DNA from: Octopus vulgaris
Taxonomy: Eukaryota
Direction of reading: 5' to 3'
DNA: 64,000 nucleotides
NCBI GenBank assembly: GCA_951406725.2
Contig: OX597816.1
Coordinates: 48,732,001 to 48,796,000 of the forward strand
Below, piece by piece: positions 42,561 through 55,291 of the stretch. The translations under genes and the position numbers were made by a program. The notes under the pieces were generated by a model. It was given only the letters and a program-made list of their open reading frames with translations. It was not told where the DNA came from and searched no databases. Within the stretch, counting starts at the first letter, position 1. Each line of letters begins with the position of its first letter.

Positions 42561-44325
42561 GACACACACATACACATATATATACATATACATACATAAA
42601 TACATACATACATACATACATACATACATTAATATATACATACATACATGCATATATATATATATATATGAACAGACACATACACAAAAGCAAGGACACA
42701 CATACGTATTGGAGCAGGAATGGTTAAGTGTTTACATTTGTTCCCCACCACCGCTTGACAGCCAGTGTCGGTCCCCGTAAAATAGCGGTTCGGCAAAACA
42801 GACCGATAAAATGAGTGTCAGGCTCAAAAGTAAATAATGGGGTCGAGTCTTTCGACTAAAAATCCCTTCAAGGTGGCTCTCCAGCATGGCTGCAGTCCTT
42901 TGACTAAAACAAGTAAGAGATACAAGGTACACACACACACACACACACATGCATATCTTTCCAGACACGTCTTTTAGTTTTATGACCGTCTAACGGACAA
43001 ATCTAATCACTATGTCACCTTTAGCATTATTGGAACTTGGATCCATCCATAGATCCACTCTCTGGCTCAATCACAATAGACTGGGTTTAGAAATTCGCTT
43101 TTGTCCTGTAAGTTATAGATTTCACATCCGTCCTTCCTCTTCCTGCTCTTCGACATATGCGTCACGTAGTACATTTCGAAAACCTTTCAGCTTACATACC
43201 TCCCAAATCCAAATTGTCTTGAGTGCTTGGATCCGTTCATCTCTTACTTCGGTATGATTAATCACTACTCTTTCTGGAGTGATACCGTCTTCACAACCAC
43301 CATCTATCCATCTTCTTTCTCGCTGAGTATGAAGTCCATCTAGCTTGCATGTTGACCCAATTGATGTTAGCAGGTTTCCTGATGTTAGTTTTGCAAATGC
43401 TTAGGTTATCTGCGTCACAAAACTTCACGTGGCTTGGTATTTCTTCAGTCTTGATACCTCCAACGACACTAGAACAGCTATTATGGTAAGACTCAACATG
43501 ACTATTAATGTAGTTCCCAGTCGTTGATAGTCAGAGAATAATTCACTAAGAGACTCTCATTTAGAAAATGGTTTCCTTGTTTATCTGTTAGTTCTAATTG
43601 GTGTGCATATAGAGAGAATGAAATTGCTTTTGTGTTATTTGATTGGTCAACTGAATTTTTCTGCTTCATATTCTGACTATCTCAATTATGTCTACTCCAC
43701 TCACTGCAATGCCGTAACCTACCAAGACCTACTTTTAACTGTGTTCCTAGCACGTATAATGTCTGACCGAAGTTCCTCTCCACCTTACATCTTGCACACA
43801 GCACATGTTTACTCGCCTCTAATTTAGAATGTCTATAATCTTGTCATACTAATCTTTCTCGTATCAACGATGATGGTAGCAGCCTTAAATCTGTCTATCT
43901 GAATGAAAGAATGAGATTTTTTGTGGCAGGTGGGTTTGTTGAGTTGCTTAGTTTCGGGTTTTACATTTAAAAGGAACAGACTTAGTGCGATCGTTTGATG
44001 ATGATCGAGAGTTCTCGTTCAAAGCAACATGTTCCCAAATGACTAAACCGCTAACCGTGCGCAACACTAACATGGTTAGCGTTACTCCTGTATACGCATT
44101 GAGAACATTTCAGTAAATTTATAACTCGTAGCCGCAGTCTAATGTTTGAGACAAGTAAACCATAGCTGATACAGAAGCACACACATATATACACAAACGA
44201 GTATTTTTACTTGTGGGTATCATCTTACCACAATATTTTCAAAGTCAATTACTTTTGGTTCTTAATTTCAATTTATATAGCCGCAATTCTATACTTTTTA
44301 TTTAAGTTATCATCTTATGTTACAG

Positions 44326-44398
44326 CCACAACGAAAGATTCCGAAATATCATCTTCGAAATTTTTTCCCACGGTCTCAAATGGCTGACAAAGAAAAGA
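44326..44398 (+). CDS. RUN-domain protein exon 2 ((C)HNERFRNIIFEIFSHGLKWLTKKR), 73 nt, phase 2 to 0
   Basis: Acceptor ttatgttacag, donor gtaagt; IF.HGLK matches the RUN-domain HGL block; phases fit both neighbouring exons. Confidence 0.85.
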
Positions 44399-44459
44399 GT
44401 AAGTATATAATCTATTTTAGAATATACACTCTCTCGTTCTGTCTGTCTGTCTCTGTCTC

Positions 44460-44514
<55 letters not shown>

Positions 44515-44688
44515 CTCTCTCTCTCTCCCTCCCTCTGCCTCTCTCTTTGTCTATATATCCTTCTCCTTGTCTCTGGTTCTTCTCCATACACTCTCTCTCT
44601 CACTTCCTGCTTCTTTCTATTCCTCATTCTCTCTCCTCTCCATCTCTATCTGTTCTTGTCTCTAACTTCTCTCTAGTTAAATCTGTAA

Positions 44689-44731
<43 letters not shown>

Positions 44732-44929
44732 ATAATATAACAATCACAATAATTATGACGATGATGATGACGATGATAATTTCTCTTATTAGCCATAAAG
44801 GCATAGATGAAGGGGACATCACAAGAACTGTTTGTTAATTCAAGAACTTTCGTACACTCACCACACACACACTCACGCACATACACACACACACACACAC
44901 GTGTATATATAATAATAATAGTAATAATG

Positions 44930-44972
<43 letters not shown>

Positions 44973-46257
44973 TAATAATAATATAAATAATATATAAATA
45001 TATGCAAATATACATACATATAAGTACATACCTACATATATATGTATATATACATGCATATATGGGTACAGGACATCAAAAACACATTGAACACAATGAG
45101 AGACGAAAACATAAAAACAAAAACATAGAAGCGAACTTTTTTTCGAACAACGAAAAAAAAAACAAACAAACAGAGAAACGCAACATGCAACATAAAAAAT
45201 ATTTCCCTTCTTCAGTTGTCCCTGTTTCATCTACTCCGCGTTAACTTTTACAAGGAAAGGGTTTGATAGTGACACCGATGTTTTGCCAGTCACTAGCTTT
45301 GTCAGGCTACCACAGTTTGTCAAAGCCAACGACCGGAAAAACTTCGATGTCACTATCAATACTTTTCTTGTAAAAATAAATGCTATAATCCACTTAATGT
45401 AATGACTTTTCCTTTAATTAATGTTCGACTATTTTTATTGATAAAATTATACAAAAAATGTAATTAATACAATCTAAAAGTTTTTTGTGCATTTTGATGT
45501 TGACATAAGTTCCTTGCTTTTCCTGATGAGAAAGCGGCATAATGTACTCCTCATTCCTTCGCAATTAGGAATATGCAGCCTTCGAAACATATGTCGAAAA
45601 TAAAGGAATTTTGTTAATTCGTCGTTCAACTCCATTCTTTCATATATTTATATTTTTAAAATAAACATACGAATTTCCACACGAAAGTACGTAATCTATG
45701 CCCTAGGCACGTAACTTCAACCGTGTTTTTTCTGATGTGAATTTGCTACCCAGGTATCGGTTAATTCGAATTATCCATAATAAGATAATTCATTCAACTG
45801 CTCAAATATACATACATACATACATGCATACATGTATACATACATACATACATACATACACACATACATACAGCACAAATACAATCTGTAAGTGGCACAG
45901 TAAAAATATGCAAGACCTTTCTCAAGTTAAAAGTGTGAAAATTGTTTTCGTTATTTACATTCCAACGATAGAGTTTTGTATCTTTGTAAAAGACTAGCAC
46001 CTTTTTCAGAGGAGAGATAAATACCCGCCACTTCCAGCATCGAGACCACTTGATCACGTGATTTCGACCTTCCTTGGTCTTGTCAATGACGGACGCTCGA
46101 CCGCTAGAGATAGTTGCAATTCATCCTTAGTATAGCTTTTTTTCTAACAGAACATCCACGTTTAAGTGGGGATAAATATTATTTCTCAGTATTAATGCTG
46201 TCTCTGTCACTTGTATGTATGTATGTATGTATGTATGTATGTATGTATGTATGTATG

Positions 46258-46303
<46 letters not shown>

Positions 46304-46871
46304 ATTTGAAGACATTCATTTTAGAGTCAATAAGTAGTGCTTGACTCTAAGTCTGAATCTGAGCGTCAAGACGCGCAACAAGAATTTTGTAAAGTGACTC
46401 ATAAGGCTAATGATAAATTAAGTACCAGTTGCTGGTACTTAATTTATCGACCCCGAAACTGGTACTTAATTTATCGACCCCGAAAGGATGAAAGGCAAAG
46501 TCGACCTCGGTGGAATTTACAATTGCGTATATTATAACTAATAAAATATTTTGATCAAAATTAGTTCAAAATTGTTTGGTATGTTCCACAGTGCCATTTT
46601 TTAAATGTATTTGTTGCCCCTAACTTTAGAACTTGGATACGCATCTGGCCCTCTGAGTTCAAACCCCAACATGGACAGCTTTACCTTTTATTTTTATGAG
46701 GTTGATATTAAATAGGGCCATTATCCAAGGTAATGTATTAGTAAAACAGTAAGAACATTGGAGTTCAAATCACGCTGTGGCCTACATAGATGGCGGGTAT
46801 AATCCAGTGCCCAGTTTAACGTCACCACCTGCTCCCCGAGGTTGCCTTTAACGAAGTCCACTCTATTGCAT

Positions 46872-47180
46872 AGTGGAGGCACATGGCCTAGTGGTTAGAG
46901 CAGCAGACTCGCGGTCGAGGGATCGCGAGTTCGAATCTCAGACCGGGCGATGTGTGTGTTTATGAGCGAAACACCTATGCTCCACGCGGCTCCGGTAGAA
47001 GGTAATGGCGAACTTCTGCTGACTCTTTCGCCACAACTTTCTCTCACTCTTTCCTCCTGCATCTAGCAGCTCACCTTCGACGGACCGGCGTCCCGTCCAG
47101 GTGGAGAACCTATACGCCAAGGAAACTGGGAAACTAGCCCTTATGAGCCAGGCATGGCTCGAGAAGGAACAAACAAAACA
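46872..47180 (+). mobile_element. SINE family D, full length with TSD
   Basis: TGGCCTAGTGG / GAGTTCGAATCTC boxes; 12-bp TSD ACTCTATTGCAT; related heads at ~9815(-), 19787, 20694, 59700(-), 60283(-). Confidence 0.85.
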
Positions 47181-47549
47181 ACTCTATTGCATGCATTATA
47201 ACCAGGTCTTCCCAATTCCCCCAAGCAGCAGTCTCTGGTGCCTTCTAAAAGGGTCACAGGTACTGATTCTAAAGCAATCCATGGGCAAACTGCCACCTGT
47301 GGGACTTTCTGAATGCCACACCTTACGAAATGGATTGCCCACGCCTGCTCTAAAGTAAAAAATCAAAACATAAGTTGATTTCCCCCCCCTCTCTCTCTCT
47401 CTCTCTCTCCTCTAGAATCGACTACGTTGTCTAGTGACAAGAGTCACTCTTTCTCCAGGTCTAGAGAAGGGCTGACTGAGAGAGCAAGCAATATTTTCTC
47501 GAAGGAAAGCTGAAGTTATGCTATTGAAGTTATGCTTGTCACTCTGGCC

Positions 47550-48102
47550 TGGGCGAAATGCTTAGCGGTATTTCGTCTGCCGTTACGTTGTGAGTTCGAA
47601 TTCCGCCGACGTCGACTTTGCCTTTCATCCTTTCGGGGTCGATAAATTAAGTACCAGTTACGCACTGGGGTCGATGTAATCGACTTAATACCTATGTTTG
47701 TCCTTGTTTGTCCCCTCTATGTTTAGCCCGTTGTGGGTAATAAAGAAATAGGTATTTCGTCTGCCGTTACGTTCTGAGTTCAAATTCCGCCGACGTCGAC
47801 TTTGCCTTTCATCCTTTCGGGGTCGACAAATTAAGTACCAGTTACGCACTGGGGTCGATGTAATCGACTTATTACCTATGTCTGTCCTTGTTTGTCCCCT
47901 CTGTGTTTAGCCCCTTGTGGGTAATAAAGAAATAGGTATTTCGTCTGCCGTTACGTTCTGAGTTCAAATTCCGCCGAGGTCGACTTTGCCTTTCATCCTT
48001 TCGGGGTCGATAAATTAAGTACCAGTTACGCACTGGGGTCGATGTAATCGACTTATTACCTATGTCTGTCCTTGTTTGTCCCCTCTGTGTTTAGCCCCTG
48101 TG
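47550..48102 (+). mobile_element. SINE family C (Meta-domain-like) as three head-to-tail 184-bp units
   Basis: GACTTTGCCTTTCATCCTTTCGGGGTCGATAAATTAAGTACCAG core; unit starts 47567, 47751, 47935; dimers at ~38285-38690 and 50944-51366; monomers at ~19505, 30590, 31036, 63822. Confidence 0.85.
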
Positions 48103-48817
48103 TAAACATTTAAAAAAAAATTAAATTATGCGCTTAAAAATGTACTGCAACTCGATTAACAGCGATAAGAAAAGATTATGTTTTTGTAATAGAACAAAGT
48201 TCGATTGATGGAATTGAACTAACAATAACTAACTTAACCAGCAAGCCTGTACAAATTCGGTCGACTTGTTACAAATAGTAGCTAAATTTCTCTTAAATCA
48301 CATTACAAAACCTCGTACAGCTTACTGTCAATGTAATCGACTAGCTCCCTCCCCAAAAGTTGGCTTAGTGATTAAGGGTAATCGACGTACGAATACGTTC
48401 GTGAGTTCGATTTCCGGCGGTGAGTTGTGTCCTTGAGCAAGACACTCCATTTCACGTTGTTCCTGTCCATTCAACTGTCAAAAACGAGTGGTACCTGTAA
48501 TTCAAAGGGCCGGCCTTGTCACATTCTGTATCACGCTGAATCACTGTTACGGGAACGGGAGTATCTGTGGAGTGCCTCAGTCACCTGCATGTTAATTCCA
48601 CGAGCAGGCTGGTCTGTTGACTGGATCAATCGAGACCCTCGTCGGCGTAACCGATGGAGTGCCAGTGTATTCTACATCCATTACTCTTTACTCTCTTTTA
48701 CTTGTACTTATTCTATCGGTCTCTTTTGCCGAACCGCTATGTTACGGGTACATAAGCACTCCAGCATCGGTTGTTAAGCGATGCTGGAGGGGGGGGACAA
48801 ACACAAACACCCAAACA

Positions 48818-48890
<73 letters not shown>

Positions 48891-50601
48891 GACGGGCTTC
48901 TTTCAGTTTCTGTCTCCCAAATCCACTCACAGGGCTTTGGTTGGCTCGAAGCTATAGTAGAAAACACTTTGCCCAAGGTGCCACGCAGTGGGACTGAACC
49001 CGGAACCATGTGGCTAGTAAGCAAGCTACTTACCGCACAGCCACTCCTGCGCCTATAATTTCATGTTTCAGTAGCAATGTCATTATATATAAAAGTTACA
49101 ACTACTGATATAGATACCCAGAGAAGTAAAAAAGAATAATTGCTGAAAAGGCACCCGTTATGAAAAAATGGTGCTCCGGGGCGCCGGGGATGGGTCACTC
49201 TCCTTGCTTTCTTGTTAGCTATGTTACTGCAGAGGGTGAGGTCGACTTTGCCTTTCATCCTTTCGGGATCGATAAATTAAGTACCAGTTACGCACTGGGA
49301 TCGATGTAATCGACTTAATCCATTTGTCTGTCCTTGTTTGTCCCTTCTGTGTTTAGCCCCTTGTGGGTAATAAAGAAACACATATGCAGCCAAGTCTGTG
49401 ATCTGACATTTTAACACAGTAATAAGCAAACTGTGGTCCATAGAATTTTCTGAGTGGCACGCGGGACATTCCGAGAAGCATGCAAGACTTCCTGAGTGAC
49501 ATGCCAGACTTTTTGAGTGACATGCAGGACATTTTGAGGAATATCTGAGCCAGATATGGCCAGTTTAAATACTAAAGGGTTAACATGTGATCGGATCGCT
49601 CCAGTGAACTCCCGAGATGGCAAATTTTTGGAACTCTCTTATACTCCTTGGATTTCAACCTACCATGGGTTTTTTTTTTAGAAACGAACTATTTTGATAT
49701 ATTTTTAATTGAGGTGTAAGAATTTTTTTTTAGTCGATTGATATATATTTTTTTAGTTTTTTAGTCGCTTGAGAGATTTTATCAATTCATTCTTATTACT
49801 TATTTTAGTTAATTTTTATATACCTTTTCTTGACACGCGTTTCTATATATGCATTCCTTTTATATGCTGAAGAGTGGAGGCGTCACAAACCGTAAACAAT
49901 AAAAAAAATACGAAGTATGAGGACAGAATATGAACATGTTTTACAAGTATCGAAAGAAACAATATATATATAACATAAGGGACATCAGCCATCTGAATGT
50001 GGCTAGGGACAGGGCAGGGCGGTGGGGGTGTTACTGATGCATTTAGCCCCAGGCGATCATCAACGTCACCAGGAGGGCTGACACCATCACGGTGTCCTCT
50101 AGCCTGCAAAGGGAGATCATATATATCTTCTATTTAGATTTTAAAAGAACTCCCTAAATTTGTGAACTTGCAAGTTTTTCATTTAAACTTAATTTAAAGT
50201 AATACCATATTGGTAGGGTACTAATAAATGCTTTATTATTATTGCTCTCTTTAGTCTTGGGTCGCAGGCCTAATTAGCTCTCCGCAGGAGCTAACATGAA
50301 AGTCCGCACGGAGTTTGGCTTTTAAGCTAGTATATATATATATATATATATATTGTTAATGTCTCATTTATACCTGCTTTATATGACTAATGGGTTAAAT
50401 GAGACATACCTGTCTTCACGGCCGAAACAGCTGTCAGATATGATGTAATTGTATTTTCTATTTCTATTTCCATGTCTAGTTATATTTGCAATTTATTATG
50501 TATAATGTCATTGCTGTTATGTAATGGTTTAATAAAGTATTGATTGGGTATTATCTGATGGTTGATTATTGATTTAGGTATGTTTCTCCATTTTCTCATT
50601 T

Positions 50602-50635
<34 letters not shown>

Positions 50636-51694
50636 TATTTACCAGAAGTAACAGAGTAACTCAAGGTCAAAGAGTTTCGTGCGTTATGTCTTTCCATACG
50701 CACAAATCTCTCGGACCTTGAGTCACTTTGATACTTCTGCTAAATATTAATAACAATATGCATAAGGGAAAGGAAAATGTTTAAAATACGTTAGAATTAC
50801 ATAGGTATGGTGTTCATAATGTGTAATTGTCCTTAGAGTCATGTCTGTTTTTAATAGAGTAAAATAAAAGTATATTTTTTTTTTAAAAACAGAGCAAAAG
50901 TATGAAAGACTTTTCTGAAGTTCAATATAAGAATCTGCTTTTGAAGGCGGCGAGCTGGCAGAAACGTTAGCGCGCCGGGCGAAATGCTTAGCGGTATTTC
51001 GTCTGCGTTACGTTGTGAGTTCAAATTCCGCCGAGGTCGACTTTGCCTTTCATCCTTTCGGGGTCGATAAATTAAGTACCAGTTACGCACTGGGGTCGAT
51101 GTAATCGACTTAATCCGTTTGTCTGTCACTGTTTGTCCCCTCTGTGTTTAGCCCCTTGTGGGTAGTAAAGAAATAGGCATTTCGCCCGTCGCTACATTCT
51201 GAGTTCAAATTCCGCCGAGGTCGACTTTGCCTTTCATCCTTTCGGGGTCGATAAATTAAGTACCAGTTACGCACTGGGGTCGATGTAATCGACTTAATAC
51301 CTATGTCTGTCCTTGTTTGTCCCCTCTGTGTTTAGCCCCTTGTGAGTAATAAAGAAATAGGTATTTATATTCCCAAGATGGAACTTTGCAACTCTGTTAG
51401 AAACCTTTAATTGTAAGCAAGCGTGATTTAGAAACAAACTTTAAATGGTATCAAGGAGATTTAGATCAAAAGAAAGAGAGAGTGAGATGAGAGGAGAGAG
51501 GGTAGAGGAGAGGAGGTAGTGGTAGCAATGATCTAAACCAAAGTCATAGTTAAATATTTCCTCTCCGAAGAAGATAAATATTTGTGAGTGTGTGAGTAAA
51601 AATAAACAGTTTGACCTCACATGCATTCCGATATAAAAGCTCACACAAAGCTATTCACATATTCACAAACCTTCAAAAGCAGACTCAGCTATGA

Positions 51695-51695
51695 T

Positions 51696-51728
<33 letters not shown>

Positions 51729-51735
51729 AATAATG

Positions 51736-51784
<49 letters not shown>

Positions 51785-51793
51785 TAATAATAA
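51695..51793. repeat. (AAC)n(AAT)n trinucleotide microsatellite
   Basis: Directly visible. Confidence 0.95.
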
Positions 51794-52836
51794 GAGAAGA
51801 GCATTATCGCTGTGAAAACAACATCCATTCATGAATTTACGTATTTATTCATTATCATTTTTAAAATACATATTTTACCTATGAATTTGCGTGTGTATTC
51901 TGGGAATGCATACAATGAGCTTCTCTGCTCTAGGTGTACGGAAAACACCCGGCGAGAAATAGAAGAAAAAAAAATAATAATACACATACTACAAGCAGTA
52001 ATACAGCAAAAGATTTCACGTCATCACAAGAAAAAGAAAGTCTAACAATACATTACCCCTGGGTAGTTTGCTTAATCATCAACAAGAGCAAAGAACACGC
52101 CACAGCAACACAGAAGTGTTGTAGGCGATGTAGTAGAAATTTGCCTCGAATTACTAAATGTTGAACAACTATGTAATAATAATAATAGTAATAATAATGA
52201 TAATAAAAAATAAAAAAAATAATCCTTTCTACTGGAGGCACAAGGCCTTAAAGTTGGGAGGAGGGGACTAGTCTTTTACATCGACCCCGGTACACAACTA
52301 GCACTTAATTTATCGAGCCCGGAACGATGAAAGGCAAAGTCGACCTCAGCATTTTTCCCGGCCAAAAGAATCAAATGCTTCGCAGTATTTCGTCCTTTCT
52401 ACTATAGGGAGAGGGCCTGAAATTTCGGGGTAAGGGTTAAGCTGATTTCACCGACCTCAGTGCTCAACTGGTTCTTATTTTATCGACCTCTAAATGATGA
52501 AAGGCAAAAGTCGACCCCGGTGGCATTTGAACTCAGAACGTGAACCACAGGTGAAATACTAAGAAGCATTTTGCCCGGTGTGCTAACGATTCTGCCAGCT
52601 CATCGCCTTAATAATCCTTTCTACTATAGGCACAAGGCCTGAGATTTTTGAGGAGGTTGGTAGTCGATTACAACGATCCCAGTGTGTAACTGGTACTTAA
52701 TTTATCGATCCCGAAAGGATGACAGTCAAAGTTGACCTCGGCGGAATTTGAACTCAGAACATGGCGATGGGTGAAATACCGCTAAGCATTTTGCCCGGCG
52801 TGCTAACGATTCTGCTAGCTTGCCGCATTAATAATG

Positions 52837-52891
<55 letters not shown>

Positions 52892-52892
<1 letters not shown>

Positions 52893-53311
52893 GTGATCAT
52901 AATATCTCAGCGAAAGAGTTTGACAAGCTCAGAAAATATAAAGACCTACTCATTGAAATTGAGAAAATGTGGAATCTCAAGGCGGTTACAATACCAGTGA
53001 TCGTAGGAGCACTAGGAATGATCAAGAAGGGAACCGAAAATTATATGAGAATGATCCCTGGCTTACCATCCCTGCAAGAAGTGCAAAAGATTGTCTTAAC
53101 TGGTACATCAGACGTATTGAGAAGAGCATTGTCGATGTGAGAACTGTTGCTGCTCATGTATTTTAATTTAACTTTAAAAAGAAAAAAAAATGAACGAACT
53201 ACTGAGTTTGGTTTAATGGCCTACCAATGTATACTATGAGTTTCTTTGCCCTAGGAGTCGGGAAGACACTCGGCAAGAAATGGAAGCAAATTTGAAAGAA
53301 GAAAAAAAAAA

Positions 53312-53312
<1 letters not shown>
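52892..53312 (+). mobile_element. R4/Dong-like non-LTR retrotransposon 3' fragment in (TAA)n
   Basis: Open frame 52892-53140 CDHNISAKEFDKLRKYKDLLIEIEKMWNLKAVTIPVIVGALG...LRRALSM* (restriction-like endonuclease C-terminus); A-rich tail; TAA repeats on both sides. Confidence 0.8.
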
Positions 53313-53354
<42 letters not shown>

Positions 53355-54189
53355 TAATAATAATTTCTACTGAAGGCACAAGGCTTTGTGGGGCAGGGAC
53401 TAGTCGATTACATCGTCCCCAGCATTTCACTGTTAATTAATATATCGACCCCGAAGGGATGAAAGTCAAAGTCGACCTCGGCAGAATTTGAACTCAGAAC
53501 TTAGCACCAAATGAAATACCACTCAGCATTTCGGCTGGTGTGCTAACGATTCTGCCAGGTTGCTGCCTTAAAAAAACAAAACCGGGCTGTGTGTTGTGTT
53601 CCTGAGCAAGACACTTTATTTCACGTTGCTCCATTTCACTCAGCTGTAGAAATGAGATGCGACGTTACTGATGCCAAGCTGTATCAGCCTTTGCCTTTCC
53701 CTTGGATAACATCGGTGGCGTGTAGAGGGGAGGCTGACATGCATGGGTGAATGCCTGTCTTCCATAAACAACCTTGCCCGCACTTGTACCTCGCAGGGTA
53801 ACTTTTCCAGTGCAATCTCATGGTCATTCATAAACGAAGGGGCTCTTTTTATTTCCTTTTAATCATGATTTATTTTTGCAATACATACAGGCGAAATCTT
53901 CCGTATTCACATTGCATCTCACTTGGAGTTTTAGCTCAGACAAAATTGTTGAGATTCTAAAAACCAAAGCTCCGCTACAACTACGCCCGATTCTGACTGA
54001 ATCTCTCTCTCTCTCTCTCTCTCTCTGCACCTACACATTCACATGAGAAGAGAGGAAGTAGGTGCCAGAGAAAGAGAGGAGAGGTGGGTGGAAGGAAGTA
54101 GGTGTCAGAGGAAGAGAGGAGAGGGGAGGAGGGTTAGATGAAGAGGAGAGTTGAGCCTATGTGGGGTAAAGGAGCGAAGAGAGAAGATT

Positions 54190-54477
54190 AATCTCTGTTC
54201 GCGGCGAAGACGGCCCCTGTGCAAGGACAATCCGAACATAGACAGGTGTTGCAAAGAGTAGAGCGGAAATGGCGCGAGACCGGGGTGTCATTGCCGAGTC
54301 GGATGTCTCGGAGGTGTTCCGCGAACCGGTCTCATTTGCCCGAGAAGGGTTGAGAGATCAGGAGATGCAGTAGATGACATTGGTAGAAGTGCAGGTGAAG
54401 GAGTCGGTGATATGATAGGATCGATGATGTGTGCCGATGAGGAGGGTCGTGTTAGAGAGGCAAGGGCAAGTGCGACA

Positions 54478-54480
<3 letters not shown>
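54190..54480 (-). pseudogene. Penelope-like element GIY-YIG endonuclease relic
   Basis: Minus translation CCRTCPCLSNTTLLIGTHHRSYHITDSFTCTSTNVIYCIS*, then after a deletion DRFAEHLRDIRLGNDTPVSRHF: PLE-type NVIY / RF.EH / V.RHF motifs. Confidence 0.8.
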
Positions 54481-54532
<52 letters not shown>

Positions 54533-54913
54533 CTTTTACTTGTTTCAGTCATTAAATTGCGGCGATTCTGATACACCGCATTGAAGAATGTTAGTCAAAT
54601 AATTTGAACAGAGTACTTAGTTTTTAAACCTAAAATTGAGGCAGCCCACCGGCGCGAACATTTCCATTCATGCACGGGAAGGGTTGCATCACCTCCTACC
54701 TAAAGGATTTTGACCATGCAGTAATAGTTTTGGAGGGAAATGCAAAGTCAATAGTTTTGAGTGGACATCATATATATATAAGTTCAGTAAAAATTTAGAT
54801 TCAGTTGAATATGGTACTTAAGTTAAAGGCACCAGAATTTAGTATGGTATTATCCATATAACTCAGAATGGGGTGATTATAATCAAAATGAGCAACAAGG
54901 ATATCCAGAGGTA

Positions 54914-55007
54914 ATGCAGTACGATCGTTTCATGCGACTCCATTTAATTGAACAATGCAATCATTTCATTACATCAATTTAAAATGTAGAGCAATCTTCA
55001 GCTGCAT
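54914..55007 (-). ncRNA. Minimal type I hammerhead ribozyme motif, inverted sister copy
   Basis: Reverse complement reads ATGCAG-CTGAAGA-TTGC...GCAT-GAAA-CGATCG-TA-CTGCAT; same core as the + copy. Confidence 0.7.
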
Positions 55008-55201
55008 GCAAATATAGAATTTAGTTAAATTTAAAAGATTCATTTCTTTAGTTATTCCATTAGCCCAAACCACAAAACCACTACTATGTTTTTGTTGATG
55101 AAACTTGTTTCTCTCTCTACCTACTTATCCTATTTTTGATTTTGGTTAATGGAATAACTATAAAAAGGAATCTTTTAAATTTAACTAAATTCTATATTTG
55201 T

Positions 55202-55291
55202 ATGCAGCTGAAGATTGCTCTACATTTTAAAACTGATGTAATACTCGCATTGTTCAATTAAATGGAGTCGCATGAAACGATCGTACTGCAT
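55202..55291 (+). ncRNA. Minimal type I hammerhead ribozyme motif (Penelope-like-element type), sense to host intron 2
   Basis: Stem I ATGCAG (55202-07)/CTGCAT (55286-91); core CTGAAGA (55208-14); long bulged stem II; GAAA (55274-77) then C-GATC-G-TA, i.e. a minimal stem III with palindromic GATC loop; predicted cleavage after A55285. Confidence 0.7.

Noticed and set aside
44317-44676. 119-aa ORF overlapping exon 2
   Set aside because: Wrong frame, running into a CT microsatellite; the spliced frame gives the RUN motif.
47550-48102. CRISPR-like periodic array
   Set aside because: Eukaryotic context; units are near-identical throughout with no unique spacers.
50278-50330. Helitron-like 3' end (TCCGCACGGA hairpin ... 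GCTAG|T)
   Set aside because: No matching 5' end could be placed confidently.
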